A DNA stretch of 64,000 nt from the NCBI GenBank assembly GCA_052066835.1, contig JBQHRJ010000002.1, one strand, 5' to 3'. This document shows, one piece after another, positions 9,201 through 17,979 of this stretch (positions within the stretch are counted from its first letter, which is position 1; the number at the start of each line of letters is the position of its first letter). This stretch comes from Lachnospiraceae bacterium HCP1S3_C2. GTDB lineage: Bacteria > Bacillota > Clostridia > Lachnospirales > Lachnospiraceae. Under the pieces are notes generated by a model that did not search any database, was not told the origin of the DNA, and worked only from the letters and a program-made list of their open reading frames with translations. A program made the position numbers and the translations under genes.

Positions 9201-10792
9201 GCATCTATAGGCGGATTCGTAACCTGTGCAAAAAGCTGTTTGAAATAATCAAATAATGGTTCGGCACAGTTTGACAATACAGAAACCGGCTTGTCTGAAC
9301 CCATGGCTGCAATAGGCTCTGAACCATTCTTTGCCATAGGAAGAATAGATGTCATTACATCCTCATATGTGTAACCAAATGATTTCTGAATCTTCTTTCT
9401 CTCATCTTCTGAATACTCTTCAACTCTCTTATTAGGAATCTTTAAATCTTTAAGTTCTACAAGATTGCTGTCAAGCCATTCACCATATGGTCTCTTAGCT
9501 GCATATTTCTCTTTAAGTTCATCATCATCAATAAGTCTTCCCTGAACAGTATCAACTAAAAGCATCTTTCCCGGTCTCAAACGTTCTTTTGAAACAATCT
9601 TTGCAGGATCAACGTTAAGAACACCGACTTCTGATGAAAGAACAAGATTGTCATCATCTGTTATATAATAACGGGATGGTCTGAGTCCATTTCTGTCAAG
9701 AACTGCTCCCATGATATCTCCATCTGTAAACAGGATAGACGCAGGTCCGTCCCACGGCTCCATCATAGTAGCATAGTACTGATAAAAGTCTCTCTTTGCC
9801 TGACTGATAGTAGGATTATTGTCCCAAGGTTCAGGTATGGTAATCATTACTGCCAAAGGAAGTTCCATTCCACTCATAACTAGAAATTCAAGTGTATTAT
9901 CAAGCATTGCCGAATCAGAACCTTCAGAATTAACTACAGGCATAACTTTGTGCATCTGGCCTTTAAGATACTCAGATTCCATCGTCTCCTCACGGGCAAG
10001 CATATTATCAGCATTTCCACGAATCGTATTAATCTCTCCGTTATGCACTATCATTCTGTAAGGATGTGCTCTCATCCAGCTTGGCTGTGTATTTGTACTG
10101 AATCTTGAGTGAACAAGTGCTATTGCTGACTCATAATCTGCACTCTGCAAATCGTCAAAGAACAATCTGAGCTGTCCTACAAGGAACATACCTTTATATA
10201 CGATAGTTCTGCTTGAAAGTGAAAGAACATAAGTTGTATCATTACTCTGTTCAAACACACGTCTTACAACGTAAAGTTTTCTGTCAAAATCAAGACCTTT
10301 ATTAACATTTTCCGGTCTCTTTACAAATGCCTGCATAATACATGGCATACATTCAACAGCTTTGCTTCCAAGTACCTTAGGATTTGTCGGAACCTCTCTC
10401 CATCCGAGGAATTCCATTCCCTCTTTTTCCACGATTATCTCAAACATCTTTTTAGATTCGTTACGTTTGAATTCATCCTGTGGAAAGAAGAACATTCCTA
10501 CTCCGTAATCTCTCTCTGAGCCAATTAAAAAGCCGAGCGGTTTGACTGCTTTCTGGAAAAATTTATGAGAAATCTGTAACATGATTCCTACTCCATCACC
10601 AGTCTTACCCTCGGCGTCTTTGCCTGCTCTATGTTCCAAGTTTTCAACAATCTTAAGTGCATCCTCTACTGTCGCATGGGATTTCTTTCCCTTAATGTTT
10701 ACTACAGCACCGATACCACAGTTATCGTGTTCAAATGAAGGATTGTATAATCCTTTATTCTTTGCACTTTTACAAAATTCTCTCTGATTCAT
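6233..10792 (-). CDS. gltB: Glutamate synthase large subunit
   Basis: 1519 aa. N-terminal Cys amidotransferase (FEHDNCGIG), central FMN/3Fe-4S domain, C-terminal GXGXG domain. Canonical GOGAT architecture. Confidence 0.9.
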   Translation of the reverse strand: MNQREFCKSAKNKGLYNPSFEHDNCGIGAVVNIKGKKSHATVEDALKIVENLEHRAGKDAEGKTGDGVGIMLQISHKFFQKAVKPLGFLIGSERDYGVGMFFFPQDEFKRNESKKMFEIIVEKEGMEFLGWREVPTNPKVLGSKAVECMPCIMQAFVKRPENVNKGLDFDRKLYVVRRVFEQSNDTTYVLSLSSRTIVYKGMFLVGQLRLFFDDLQSADYESAIALVHSRFSTNTQPSWMRAHPYRMIVHNGEINTIRGNADNMLAREETMESEYLKGQMHKVMPVVNSEGSDSAMLDNTLEFLVMSGMELPLAVMITIPEPWDNNPTISQAKRDFYQYYATMMEPWDGPASILFTDGDIMGAVLDRNGLRPSRYYITDDDNLVLSSEVGVLNVDPAKIVSKERLRPGKMLLVDTVQGRLIDDDELKEKYAAKRPYGEWLDSNLVELKDLKIPNKRVEEYSEDERKKIQKSFGYTYEDVMTSILPMAKNGSEPIAAMGSDKPVSVLSNCAEPLFDYFKQLFAQVTNPPIDAIREEIVTSTTVYIGKDGNILEECPENCQVLKVHNPILTNTDILKIKNMNVPGFKVVVIPTTYYKNTSLQKAIDHLFLEADRAHKDGANILILSDRGVDENHVAIPSLLAVSALHQHLVVTKKRTSLALVLESGEPREVHHFATLLGYGACAINPYLAQETIKELIDNRMLDKDYYAAVEDYNKAIISGIVKIASKMGISTIQSYQGSQIFEAIGISSEVIDKYFTNTVSRIEGITLKDIEDRVNELHSKAFDSLGLGVDDTLESKGSHKFRSGKEEHLYNPQTIHMLQVATRTGNYDIFKQYTHLIDEEMDAVHLRGLIDFKYADKPIPIDEVESVDSIVKRFKTGAMSYGSISQEAHETMAIAMNMLHGKSNSGEGGESDERLEPSKDGLNRCSAIKQVASGRFGVTSKYLMSAQEIQIKMAQGAKPGEGGHLPGKKVYPWIAKTRHSTPGVSLISPPPHHDIYSIEDLAQLIYDCKNANRKARISVKLVSEAGVGTVAAGVAKAGAQVILVSGYDGGTGAAPRNSIHNAGLPWELGLAEVQQTLIMNGLRNKVIIETDGKLMSGRDVAIAAMLGAEEYGFATAPLVTMGCVMMRVCNLDTCPVGVATQNPELRKKFKGKPEYVVNFMKFIAQELREYMAKLGIRTVDELVGRTDLLVAKKGVTSGKASEVDLSKILNSDFANAEKIEYNNKNVYDFQLEKTLDERVLLKKLGPALEKKQKRSIEVDVTNTDRSFGTIFGSEITAKYGESLEEDTFTVKCTGAGGQSFGAFIPKGLTLELVGDSNDYFGKGLSGGKLIVYPPKGISYKAEENIIIGNVALYGATSGKAYINGVAGERFCVRNSGATAVVEGVGDHGCEYMTGGRAVILGPTGKNFAAGMSGGIAYVLDENRDLYMKLNKSMVSSTEITSKYDVMELKQIITDHVAYTNSAKGKEILENFGEYLPKFKKVIPHDYNKMMMAIVQMEEKGLSSEQAQIEAFYAMTGEKN

Positions 10793-11024
10793 TGTGCATT
10801 TATCCTTCCTTTTTTATTAGGTAACCGCTCTTTGCTTACACAGTTACGTTTGTTATGTGAATACTATACTATATAATTTCTCATTTGTAAAGTACTACTT
10901 TTTATTAAATTGTCTGATAGTTTTCATTTAGTAATTAATTCATTTATTTGTCTGACTATTTATTCATTCTGTTGATATTGTTTTATGTTATGTCTGCAAT
11001 ATAGCATCCTCCCCGTCGAACATA

Positions 11025-11080
11025 CAAAAAACAGCAGCTATCATGATCGGTAAAATTCTTCACAATAACTGCTGTTTTGA
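11025..11080 (-). terminator. Intrinsic terminator downstream of sigA (bidirectional-looking)
   Basis: aaaaaaCAGCAGCTAT-(23-nt loop)-ATAACTGCTGtttt. A 12-bp stem with one mismatch, with an A-tract and a T-tract on either side. Confidence 0.45.
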
Positions 11081-11136
11081 TATTTATTAAATTTTATTAT
11101 AACTGCTCAAATCAAATTTCCTGAATGTTTTGCATC

Positions 11137-12270
11137 TTACATAAGGAAATCCTTGATTTTTTTACTTCTGACAGGATTACGCAGTTTTCTTAACGCTTTC
11201 GCTTCTATCTGTCTGATTCTCTCTCTGGTAACGTTGAATTCCTTACCTACTTCTTCAAGGGTTCTCGGATGTCCATCCTCCAGACCAAATCGTAAAACGA
11301 TAACCTGTCTCTCTCTGTCTTTCAAATCCTGTAACAATAAATCTATATGCTCTCTCAACATTACAGACTCCACATTTGCCTCTGGAGTCACAGTATTATT
11401 ATCAGCCACGAAATCGCCAAGATTTGAATCATCCTCTTCACCTATAGGTGTCTCCAATGATGCCGGTTCTCTGGCAATCTGCATAATCTCCAAAACTTTG
11501 CTCTCAGACATGCCAAGTGCCTCTGCAAGCTCTGCTGATGATGGCTCATATCCAAGCTCAAGTGTAAGTTTTCTCTGCATCTTAGACATTCTGTTTATAG
11601 TCTCAACCATATGAACAGGAACTCTGATGGTTCTTGCCTGATCTGCCAATGCTCTTGTTACAGACTGTCTGATCCACCATGTGGCATAGGTACTGAGCTT
11701 GTAACCTTTCTCATAGTTAAACTTCTCAACACCCTTTATAAGCCCCAGATTACCTTCCTGAACAAGATCCAGAAAGCTCATGCCTCTTCCTGTATACCTC
11801 TTTGCTATACTTACCACAAGACGCAAATTTGCCTCTATAAGCCTGTCCTTTGCAACCTCATCGCCTTCAGCCTTACGTTTTGCAAGTCTCAGTTCTTCCT
11901 CTGCTGTAAGAAGCGGAACTGTACCAATCTCTTTCAGATACATTCTGACAGGATCTTCAGTACCTATTCCTTCAAGAAGATTAATGGCATCTATATCTAC
12001 CTTTTCATCCTCTTCTTCCTCCAATTCTTCATCGGTCGGCTGCAAATCATCATCATCAAAGTTGAGTGCCAGTGGTATCTGGTCCTCACTTATCTGAAGA
12101 ACATCAATCTTATTCTCCTCAAGATACTGATATACCATATCCATCTGATCAGCATTTAAATCCATACCCTGAAAATAGTCATTTATTTCCTTTATTGATA
12201 AAACATCTTTCTTATTTCTGCCTAATTCTACTAATTCCTTTAATTTCTTTGTAAACTCAGCTGCGTCCAC
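11137..12270 (-). CDS. sigA: Primary RNA polymerase sigma factor (sigma-70/SigA)
   Basis: 377 aa. Acidic region 1.1/1.2, then regions 2-4 ([25 protein letters not shown], region 4 [20 protein letters not shown]). Confidence 0.9.
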   Translation of the reverse strand: MDAAEFTKKLKELVELGRNKKDVLSIKEINDYFQGMDLNADQMDMVYQYLEENKIDVLQISEDQIPLALNFDDDDLQPTDEELEEEEDEKVDIDAINLLEGIGTEDPVRMYLKEIGTVPLLTAEEELRLAKRKAEGDEVAKDRLIEANLRLVVSIAKRYTGRGMSFLDLVQEGNLGLIKGVEKFNYEKGYKLSTYATWWIRQSVTRALADQARTIRVPVHMVETINRMSKMQRKLTLELGYEPSSAELAEALGMSESKVLEIMQIAREPASLETPIGEEDDSNLGDFVADNNTVTPEANVESVMLREHIDLLLQDLKDRERQVIVLRFGLEDGHPRTLEEVGKEFNVTRERIRQIEAKALRKLRNPVRSKKIKDFLM

Positions 12271-12419
12271 TAATATCGGTCCTTTCTAGAATCATACTCT
12301 AATTATATCTACCTCGGAGCAACATTATACACAAAAAAAACTCTGCTGTAAATAAGATACACGAATTTTTTTTATTTTTGTATAAAAGTATAATATTTTG
12401 TCGAACATCCATGCCTAAA

Positions 12420-13343
12420 TTAGTTACAATTTAGAGCTTTTACCTTGTCCAATCCCGTCATTATTTCCAATGCATGATGATAATTGCGTATAATCACTTT
12501 CTTTGGTGCCCCGCCATACTCTCCATCAAGTACCCACGGTATATTTTCCTCTGTTTCAATCTCTACTCTGGACGTTTTATATGTCTCAACATTATCACAC
12601 TTTACATCCATTCCTATCAGTTTTCCCAATATAAGCTGAAGCTCTATGGGATTCTTAGGCGGACGTATAAGTGTCATTTCAAATAAACCGTCATCAAGTA
12701 CTATATTTTTTCCTGTCATTCCCTTAAATCCACCAACTGACACAGAATTAGTAACCATGCCATACATATAATCTCCCTCTATAGTTTTATCTTCAAGCTC
12801 TGCTTTTATTCTATACTTTCGCAATGAAGTTAATTTTTTTACGGCTTCTATTATATATGCCGGATGGCCTAATGTATTCTTCATCTCCTGCGGTGTCATA
12901 TATGAGACATCAGTAAATGCTCCAAATGCCGCAATATACACAAATTTTTTCTTATTAAATCCGCCTATGTCTACATTTAACGGTGTTCCATTAAGCACAA
13001 TATCCGCTGATTCATTCATGTTTTTAGGCAGTGAAATACTTGTTGCAAAATCGTTTGTAGAACCTGATGGTATATATCCTATTCTTATCTTTTCATCTAA
13101 CTCCATCATTCCTGAGACCACTTCATTTAATGTACCATCTCCGCCACTGCACACAACCATATCAAAATCTTCTGCCCATCTGACAACTTTTTCCTTCGCA
13201 TCCATTTTATTCTGTGTTGGATATAATTCCACCCTGTAACCGGCCTTTACAAATTTATCAACTATTCCTGACAGATAATCCTTTATCATTCCTTTTCCGG
13301 ACCGTGGATTATATATAAATAACAATTTCTTCATAAAGTTCAC
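12420..13343 (-). CDS. Diacylglycerol/lipid kinase (DAGK_cat, YegS/DgkB family)
   Basis: 307 aa. LFIYNPRSGKG ... VVCSGGDGTLNEV catalytic motifs. Confidence 0.75.
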   Translation of the reverse strand: MNFMKKLLFIYNPRSGKGMIKDYLSGIVDKFVKAGYRVELYPTQNKMDAKEKVVRWAEDFDMVVCSGGDGTLNEVVSGMMELDEKIRIGYIPSGSTNDFATSISLPKNMNESADIVLNGTPLNVDIGGFNKKKFVYIAAFGAFTDVSYMTPQEMKNTLGHPAYIIEAVKKLTSLRKYRIKAELEDKTIEGDYMYGMVTNSVSVGGFKGMTGKNIVLDDGLFEMTLIRPPKNPIELQLILGKLIGMDVKCDNVETYKTSRVEIETEENIPWVLDGEYGGAPKKVIIRNYHHALEIMTGLDKVKALNCN

Positions 13344-13378
13344 ATCCTGACAATATATAATAATGCTTCTACTTATGC

Positions 13379-13411
13379 AAAAAAGGAACCGGTATTTAAC
13401 ACCGGTTCCAT
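13379..13411 (-). terminator. Intrinsic terminator after secreted protein P1
   Basis: Minus-strand RNA GGAACCGGUguuaaauACCGGUUCC followed by UUUUUUGC. Confidence 0.6.
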
Positions 13412-13432
13412 GAAAACATTCACCTTAAAGGC

Positions 13433-14338
13433 TTATTTTTTCTTCTTTCCTAATACGATAGCAACTGCTGCAATTACAACAACTACTACGATTACTACTA
13501 CTACGATTACACCTGTGTTAGATGATGAATCATCTTTGCTGTCATCAGCCTTTGAAGCTGCTGTTGTATCTTCTTTAGCGTCTGTAGCCTTCTCTGTGAT
13601 TGTCTCACTCTGATCCTCACCTGTAACAGACTCATCTTCGCCATTATCTGCTGTTGCTGTCATTGTAACACCAACTTTTTCAGCTAAATCAGCATTTAAC
13701 TTAGCAACATCCTGACAATCTCTGTCTTTGTTTGTATCACCTGTTGTAGCATTTGGTTCTGCGTTCTCGATAGCATCTTTTGTAGCCTCTGTGAACTCAT
13801 ATGGATCTTCGTCTTTAGATTTCCATCTTACTAAGTAATTGATAGAATTCTTGTCAGCGTCTGCAACTACTACAGCACCTGTTGTAGAATCTACGTATAC
13901 TGTAACTTCACCTGTTGTCTCAGCAGGGAGTTTGAACTGTGTCTGGTTATCTCCCCATGCGATTGATGGGTTACCTAAACAACACTGATATGTCCATGCA
14001 AAATCATCTGCATCTTTTAAAATCTTGAACTCGTATCCTACTGGAATCTCAAGTCCGTCATATTTTGTATCTCCTTCACCTGTATCAGCTGTAGCTACGT
14101 TGAATGTAACTGAATATACATTCTCTACATCTGTCTCTGTCATAAGGCCCATTTCACCTGGTGCACCAGGATTTGTATCGTCCGTCTGAGCTGCCTCTAA
14201 CCAAGACTCACCTACTAAACCTTCTGCTCCAACTACTTTGTAAGTTGATCCGTCGCCTGCATATGCTAAACATCCCATTGCAATTGTCATTGCTGCTGTA
14301 GCTGCACATACTACAACTTTTTTAATCATTTTTCTCAT
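13433..14338 (-). CDS. Secreted surface protein P1: signal peptide + uncharacterised ~130-aa W/C domain (domain X) + acidic linker + SSNTG/TM/KKKK C-terminal sorting-signal-like tail
   Basis: 301 aa. Signal peptide MRKMIKKVVVCAATAAMTIAMGCLAYA. Domain X is paralogous to repeats in 15491-16405 and 17980-20235 (GxxxYTV.GGF...W.PL, QCCLGNPSIAWGDNQTQFKL, TGAVVVADADKNSI). The C-terminus is SNTGVIVVVVIVVVVVIAAVAIVLGKKKK. Confidence 0.7.
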   Translation of the reverse strand: MRKMIKKVVVCAATAAMTIAMGCLAYAGDGSTYKVVGAEGLVGESWLEAAQTDDTNPGAPGEMGLMTETDVENVYSVTFNVATADTGEGDTKYDGLEIPVGYEFKILKDADDFAWTYQCCLGNPSIAWGDNQTQFKLPAETTGEVTVYVDSTTGAVVVADADKNSINYLVRWKSKDEDPYEFTEATKDAIENAEPNATTGDTNKDRDCQDVAKLNADLAEKVGVTMTATADNGEDESVTGEDQSETITEKATDAKEDTTAASKADDSKDDSSSNTGVIVVVVIVVVVVIAAVAIVLGKKKK

Positions 14339-14470
14339 CTCGAAAAACTTCTCCTTTCAATTATTAAATAAAATCTGCTGTAGATATTTCCTACAACACT
14401 AGTATATTGTATATCATATACCTGTTTTTTGCAATCCTTTTTTTGCCATATCTTAACCCGGCAATAAGGT

Positions 14471-14503
14471 AAAAAAGGTCGCATATCAGCATGACATGCA
14501 ACC
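14471..14503 (-). terminator. Intrinsic terminator after P2
   Basis: Minus RNA GGUUGCAUgucaugcugaUAUGCGACC + UUUUUUACC (8-bp stem including one G-U pair). Confidence 0.5.
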
Positions 14504-14520
14504 CTTTTGTATGTAGTGAA

Positions 14521-15252
14521 TTATTCGTTAACTCTTCTTCTTGAAGCTACGAATACTGCTGCTGCTGCAATACCTGTGAATACGATTGCGTAAGCTGCGC
14601 TGTCACCTGTCTTTACAGATGTATTAGCTGTAGCTGTTGTAGCTGTTGTAGAACCAGCTGCTGCTGTTGTATCAGTTGTTGCTGAAGCTGTCTTTACATA
14701 GCTTGCAGGAGCTTCTGTTAAGAGCTTAGCTGCTGCTGCACCTGTATCACCTGAGAAATCACACCAGTAATCACCTGTTGCTGATGTAAACTGGTTCTTA
14801 GGGATAAGCTGGTTAGCTGTCTGCTGTTTAGCTGATGTGTCTTTTGTAAGACCTGAATTGTCAACATATGCCTGGTCTGACTCATCTCCGCCTGAAGCTG
14901 TATCAACCTTTGTATCTGCTACCATGTTATTGAAGATGGCAACTAATCCCTGTGAAGGATCCTGAACTGTAACTGTGATAGAATACCATCCATCATAGTC
15001 AGCCTCTTTTGTAAGTCTTGCACCCGGCCAGATTGCTCTACTCTTCTCTGTGTTGTATGCAGGGCACTTATCCTGTGGCATAATCTGTGTAGTAAATCCT
15101 ACACCTTCATAAATCCAACCACCAACATCGCTCCAGTTTGCTGCATTCTTAAAATGTAATGTAACATCCTGAGCAGCGAATGCAGATAATGACATAGCTG
15201 TTGTCATTGCTGCTGTTAATCCTACTGCAAATAACTTCTTTAAATTTCTCAT
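14521..15252 (-). CDS. Secreted surface protein P2: signal peptide + CBM25/26-like aromatic module (domain Y) + linker + VKTGD/TM/RRR tail
   Basis: 243 aa. Signal peptide ends AFA/AQD. Domain Y (DVTLHFKNAANWSDVGGWIYEGVGF...WPGARLTKEADYDGWYSITV...VAIFNNMVADTKVDT) resembles the starch-binding CBM25/26 sequence pattern. C-terminus is NTSVKTGDSAAYAIVFTGIAAAAVFVASRRRVNE. Confidence 0.65.
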   Translation of the reverse strand: MRNLKKLFAVGLTAAMTTAMSLSAFAAQDVTLHFKNAANWSDVGGWIYEGVGFTTQIMPQDKCPAYNTEKSRAIWPGARLTKEADYDGWYSITVTVQDPSQGLVAIFNNMVADTKVDTASGGDESDQAYVDNSGLTKDTSAKQQTANQLIPKNQFTSATGDYWCDFSGDTGAAAAKLLTEAPASYVKTASATTDTTAAAGSTTATTATANTSVKTGDSAAYAIVFTGIAAAAVFVASRRRVNE

Positions 15253-15424
15253 TTTTTCTCACTTCTCCTTTTTATTTTTTTCATGAAGCAGACCACAATC
15301 CGACTTCATATTAATGTTATTATAGCCTAAACTTTCCTATTTTGCAATACTTTTGTTTGAGCATTTTTCACAAAAAATACATATTTTTTTATGAATCTTA
15401 TACAGTTTTAATAGACATTTCATA

Positions 15425-15458
15425 ACAAAAGGAGACAATAAATAAATTACTGTCTCCT
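15425..15458 (-). terminator. Intrinsic terminator after P3
   Basis: Minus RNA GGAGACAGUAAuuuaUUUAUUGUCUCC + UUUUGUU. Confidence 0.5.
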
Positions 15459-15490
15459 TCTAAGTTGCTAATAATTATATGTATAAGTTA

Positions 15491-16405
15491 TTAAGCTTCT
15501 TTCTTCTTTGCTGCTACTGCAACTACTGCTGCAGCTGCGCATAATGTAACTACCATTGCTACTGGAGCTGCATCTCCTGTCTTTGTAGATGCGTTCTTAG
15601 CTGTTGTAGCTGTGTTAGCTGCTGTTGTAGCTGTGCTGGCTGCTGCTGTTGTAGCTGTGTTAGCTGCTGCTGTTGTCTCAGGTGTTGGTGCAGGTGTGCT
15701 TGAAAGCTTAGCTTCAAGTGCTGCATTAAGGCTTGCAAGATCAGGAATAGCTGTACATCCTGCTGCCTGTGCTTTAGCTGCCTTATCAGCTGCATAATCA
15801 CTCCATGAAGACTTAGACATATCTGCTACTGTCATCCATTTTAACTCATTATCATATCCAACGAAACTGATCATGTAATCAATTGAGTTACCGTCAGCAT
15901 CTTTGATAACTACTGCACCAGTTGTTGTATCCCAGTATACTGTTACTTCTGTCTCTTTGTCTACAGGAATTCTGAATCTTGACATGTTATCCTGATAAAG
16001 AGTTGTTCCGGCAATAAGTGAGTGATCCCATCCATCACCAAAAATCATGTTATCAACTGTACAAAGCTTGAATTCATTCTTTGTTCTTGATTCATCAGTA
16101 TCTTCAAAAGCAGGTACTGTGAATGTTCCAGAATATACTCCTGCATAATCTGTCTTTGTAAGCATATTATCAACTGCTAAAGGACCCCACTGAACTTTAG
16201 TGAATCCACCACCAATTGTATAATACACTTCGCCATCAGCTAATGACATAGGATCGATAGCTGCGTATGAAGTATGTGCTTCATCTGTTAATGTTTCCAT
16301 AACTGTTGGAAGTTCTGCCTTAGCTGTAGTAGCAGGTATAAGTGTTGCTGCTGCAACTGCAACTGCACATGCTAATGCAGAAACTGCTTTAATTGATTTT
16401 CTCAT
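15491..16405 (-). CDS. Secreted surface protein P3: signal peptide + domain X + T/A-rich linker + STKTGD/TM/KKK tail
   Basis: Start moved to the ATG at 16405 (MRKSIKAVSALACAVAVAAATLIPATTAKA signal peptide, with a purine-rich RBS upstream). The track ORF start at 16474 adds 23 implausible residues. Domain X: GEVYYTIGGGFTKVQWGPL...FKLCTVDNMIFGDGWDHS...TGAVVIKDADGNSI. C-terminus TKTGDAAPVAMVVTLCAAAAVVAVAAKKKEA. Confidence 0.7.
   Translation of the reverse strand: MRKSIKAVSALACAVAVAAATLIPATTAKAELPTVMETLTDEAHTSYAAIDPMSLADGEVYYTIGGGFTKVQWGPLAVDNMLTKTDYAGVYSGTFTVPAFEDTDESRTKNEFKLCTVDNMIFGDGWDHSLIAGTTLYQDNMSRFRIPVDKETEVTVYWDTTTGAVVIKDADGNSIDYMISFVGYDNELKWMTVADMSKSSWSDYAADKAAKAQAAGCTAIPDLASLNAALEAKLSSTPAPTPETTAAANTATTAAASTATTAANTATTAKNASTKTGDAAPVAMVVTLCAAAAVVAVAAKKKEA
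15596..15680. repeat. Intragenic tandem repeat (about 24-27 nt x3+) encoding the TATTAA(N/S) linker of P3
   Basis: tgttgtagctgtgttagctgctgc units repeat directly. Length variation is possible. Confidence 0.55.
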
Positions 16406-16530
16406 TGTAAAATCCATCCCTTTCTTCTTTTTGATTTTATTTTTCCTTATGTCAAAAATGACATGTCTACACACTATTAATTATATTATATAAACCCTTT
16501 ATTTGCAACACTTTTGTAATAAAAACTTCA

Positions 16531-16560
16531 AAAAAACCGGGCAGTTTTTAACTACCCGGC
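16531..16560 (-). terminator. Intrinsic terminator after P4
   Basis: Minus RNA CCGGGUAGuuaaaaaCUGCCCGG + UUUUUUUG. Confidence 0.6.
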
Positions 16561-16572
16561 CGTAAATTTTTA

Positions 16573-17706
16573 TTATTTTGTAACTTTAATCTTCTTATAA
16601 CTCTTTGCAGATACCTCTGTCATAGCCTTAATACCTGATACATCTCTGTAAGCAGCTGCTTTATAATAGTATGTCTTACCCTTTTTAGCTGTCTTATCTG
16701 TGTATGTAGTCTTAGTTGTTGATCCGATTGGCTCATATCCGCTGCCCTGTTTTGTTGAACGGTAAATGATGTATCCTGAAGCTTTGCTTACTGCATTTAC
16801 TTTAACTGTAACTTTACCTTTAGTTGTGTTTGATACAGATTTAACTGTTGGTATATCTAATGGTACTGCATATACTTCATTTGATGATGCAATAGATTTG
16901 CTTCCCTTAACAGCCTTGATTGTAAACTTGTAAGCTTTTCCTGCTTTAAGTGCCTTTTTGTTGAATTTTGTTACTGTAACAGTTGATTTAGTTGTTGAAG
17001 CAACCTTAACATTTTTCTTAGTTACTGAGTCATAGCAGAAAATGTTATACTTCTGAGCACCCTTATATTTGTCCCAAGAAAGTTTAACTGCACTCTTGCC
17101 TGTTGCAACTGCTGTAGCGTTGTTTACAACTGTAGATGCTTTCTTCTTGTATGATGCAGGAGCTGTATCAGTCATTAATATAGCTGATCCATTAACGTCA
17201 CCATTGAAATCACACCAATATTCTGTTGCTGTAAATTTACCCTTCATGATACATGCATTAGGAGCCTGTATCTTCTTTGCTCCGTTTATGTTATCTTTCT
17301 TAAGTCCTGATGCATCAACAAATTCCTGATCTTCCGGATGTCCGCCTGAAGCTGTATCAACTTTTTCATCAGCTACAAGGTTGTTGAATATCATGATAGC
17401 ACCATTTGATGTATCCTCAAATGTAGCTGTGATAGTATACCATCCGTCATAATTTGCCTCTGCTGTCATCTTAGCGCCAGGCCAGATTGCATGGTCATAA
17501 ATTGTATCATATGCAGGTGTAAATTCCTTAGGTGTAACATTCTTTGTCCAACCTATACCTTCATATATCCATGCTCCACAATCTTCCCAGTTATTTGTGT
17601 TTTTAAAATGGAAAGTAACATCTGTAGCTGCCATTGCCATTACTGACATAGCCATTGTCATAGCTGCTGTAGCGCCGACTGCAACAATTTTTTTAAGATT
17701 TCTCAT
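16573..17706 (-). CDS. Secreted surface protein P4: signal peptide + CBM25/26-like domain Y + two K-rich FN3-like domains, no membrane anchor
   Basis: 377 aa. Its N-terminal 140 aa are paralogous to P2 (DVTFHFKNTNNWEDCGAWIYEGIGW...IMIFNNLVADEKVDT). C-terminal FN3-like segments (SGYIIYRSTKQGSGYEPIGSTTKTTYTDKTAKKGKTYYYKAAAY). Confidence 0.65.
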   Translation of the reverse strand: MRNLKKIVAVGATAAMTMAMSVMAMAATDVTFHFKNTNNWEDCGAWIYEGIGWTKNVTPKEFTPAYDTIYDHAIWPGAKMTAEANYDGWYTITATFEDTSNGAIMIFNNLVADEKVDTASGGHPEDQEFVDASGLKKDNINGAKKIQAPNACIMKGKFTATEYWCDFNGDVNGSAILMTDTAPASYKKKASTVVNNATAVATGKSAVKLSWDKYKGAQKYNIFCYDSVTKKNVKVASTTKSTVTVTKFNKKALKAGKAYKFTIKAVKGSKSIASSNEVYAVPLDIPTVKSVSNTTKGKVTVKVNAVSKASGYIIYRSTKQGSGYEPIGSTTKTTYTDKTAKKGKTYYYKAAAYRDVSGIKAMTEVSAKSYKKIKVTK

Positions 17707-17926
17707 AATTCTATCTCCTTCTTTCTCTTTTTTACACTGACCACTTCAGTTAGGATTATTATATATCATTCTGCCCTTTTTTTCAATAGCTTTTGCCTAT
17801 TTTATTATGTATTTTTACCAACTTCAACACAAGTTACCACTCTTGTATTCGTCATATTAGCACAATCCATCCCCTGGCGAAGACCATTTTATGCAGACAT
17901 AATGTTGCATGTCACCATTGTATAAC

Positions 17927-17962
17927 GAAAAAATGAGCGTCCCATTAGCGAGACGCCCATTG
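17927..17962 (-). terminator. Probable intrinsic terminator after P5
   Basis: Minus RNA GGGCGUC-(10-nt loop)-GACGCUC followed by AUUUUUUCG. Confidence 0.4.
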
Positions 17963-17979
17963 AATAATCTTTAATTAAA

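Noticed and set aside
6882-10061. Multiple + strand ORFs inside gltB (for example 6882-7616, 7890-8261, 9819-10061)
   Set aside because: Antisense to a 1519-aa conserved gene. Ser/Pro/Leu-rich junk typical of antisense frames.
11153-12254. + strand ORFs overlapping sigA
   Set aside because: Antisense to the highly conserved sigma-70 gene.
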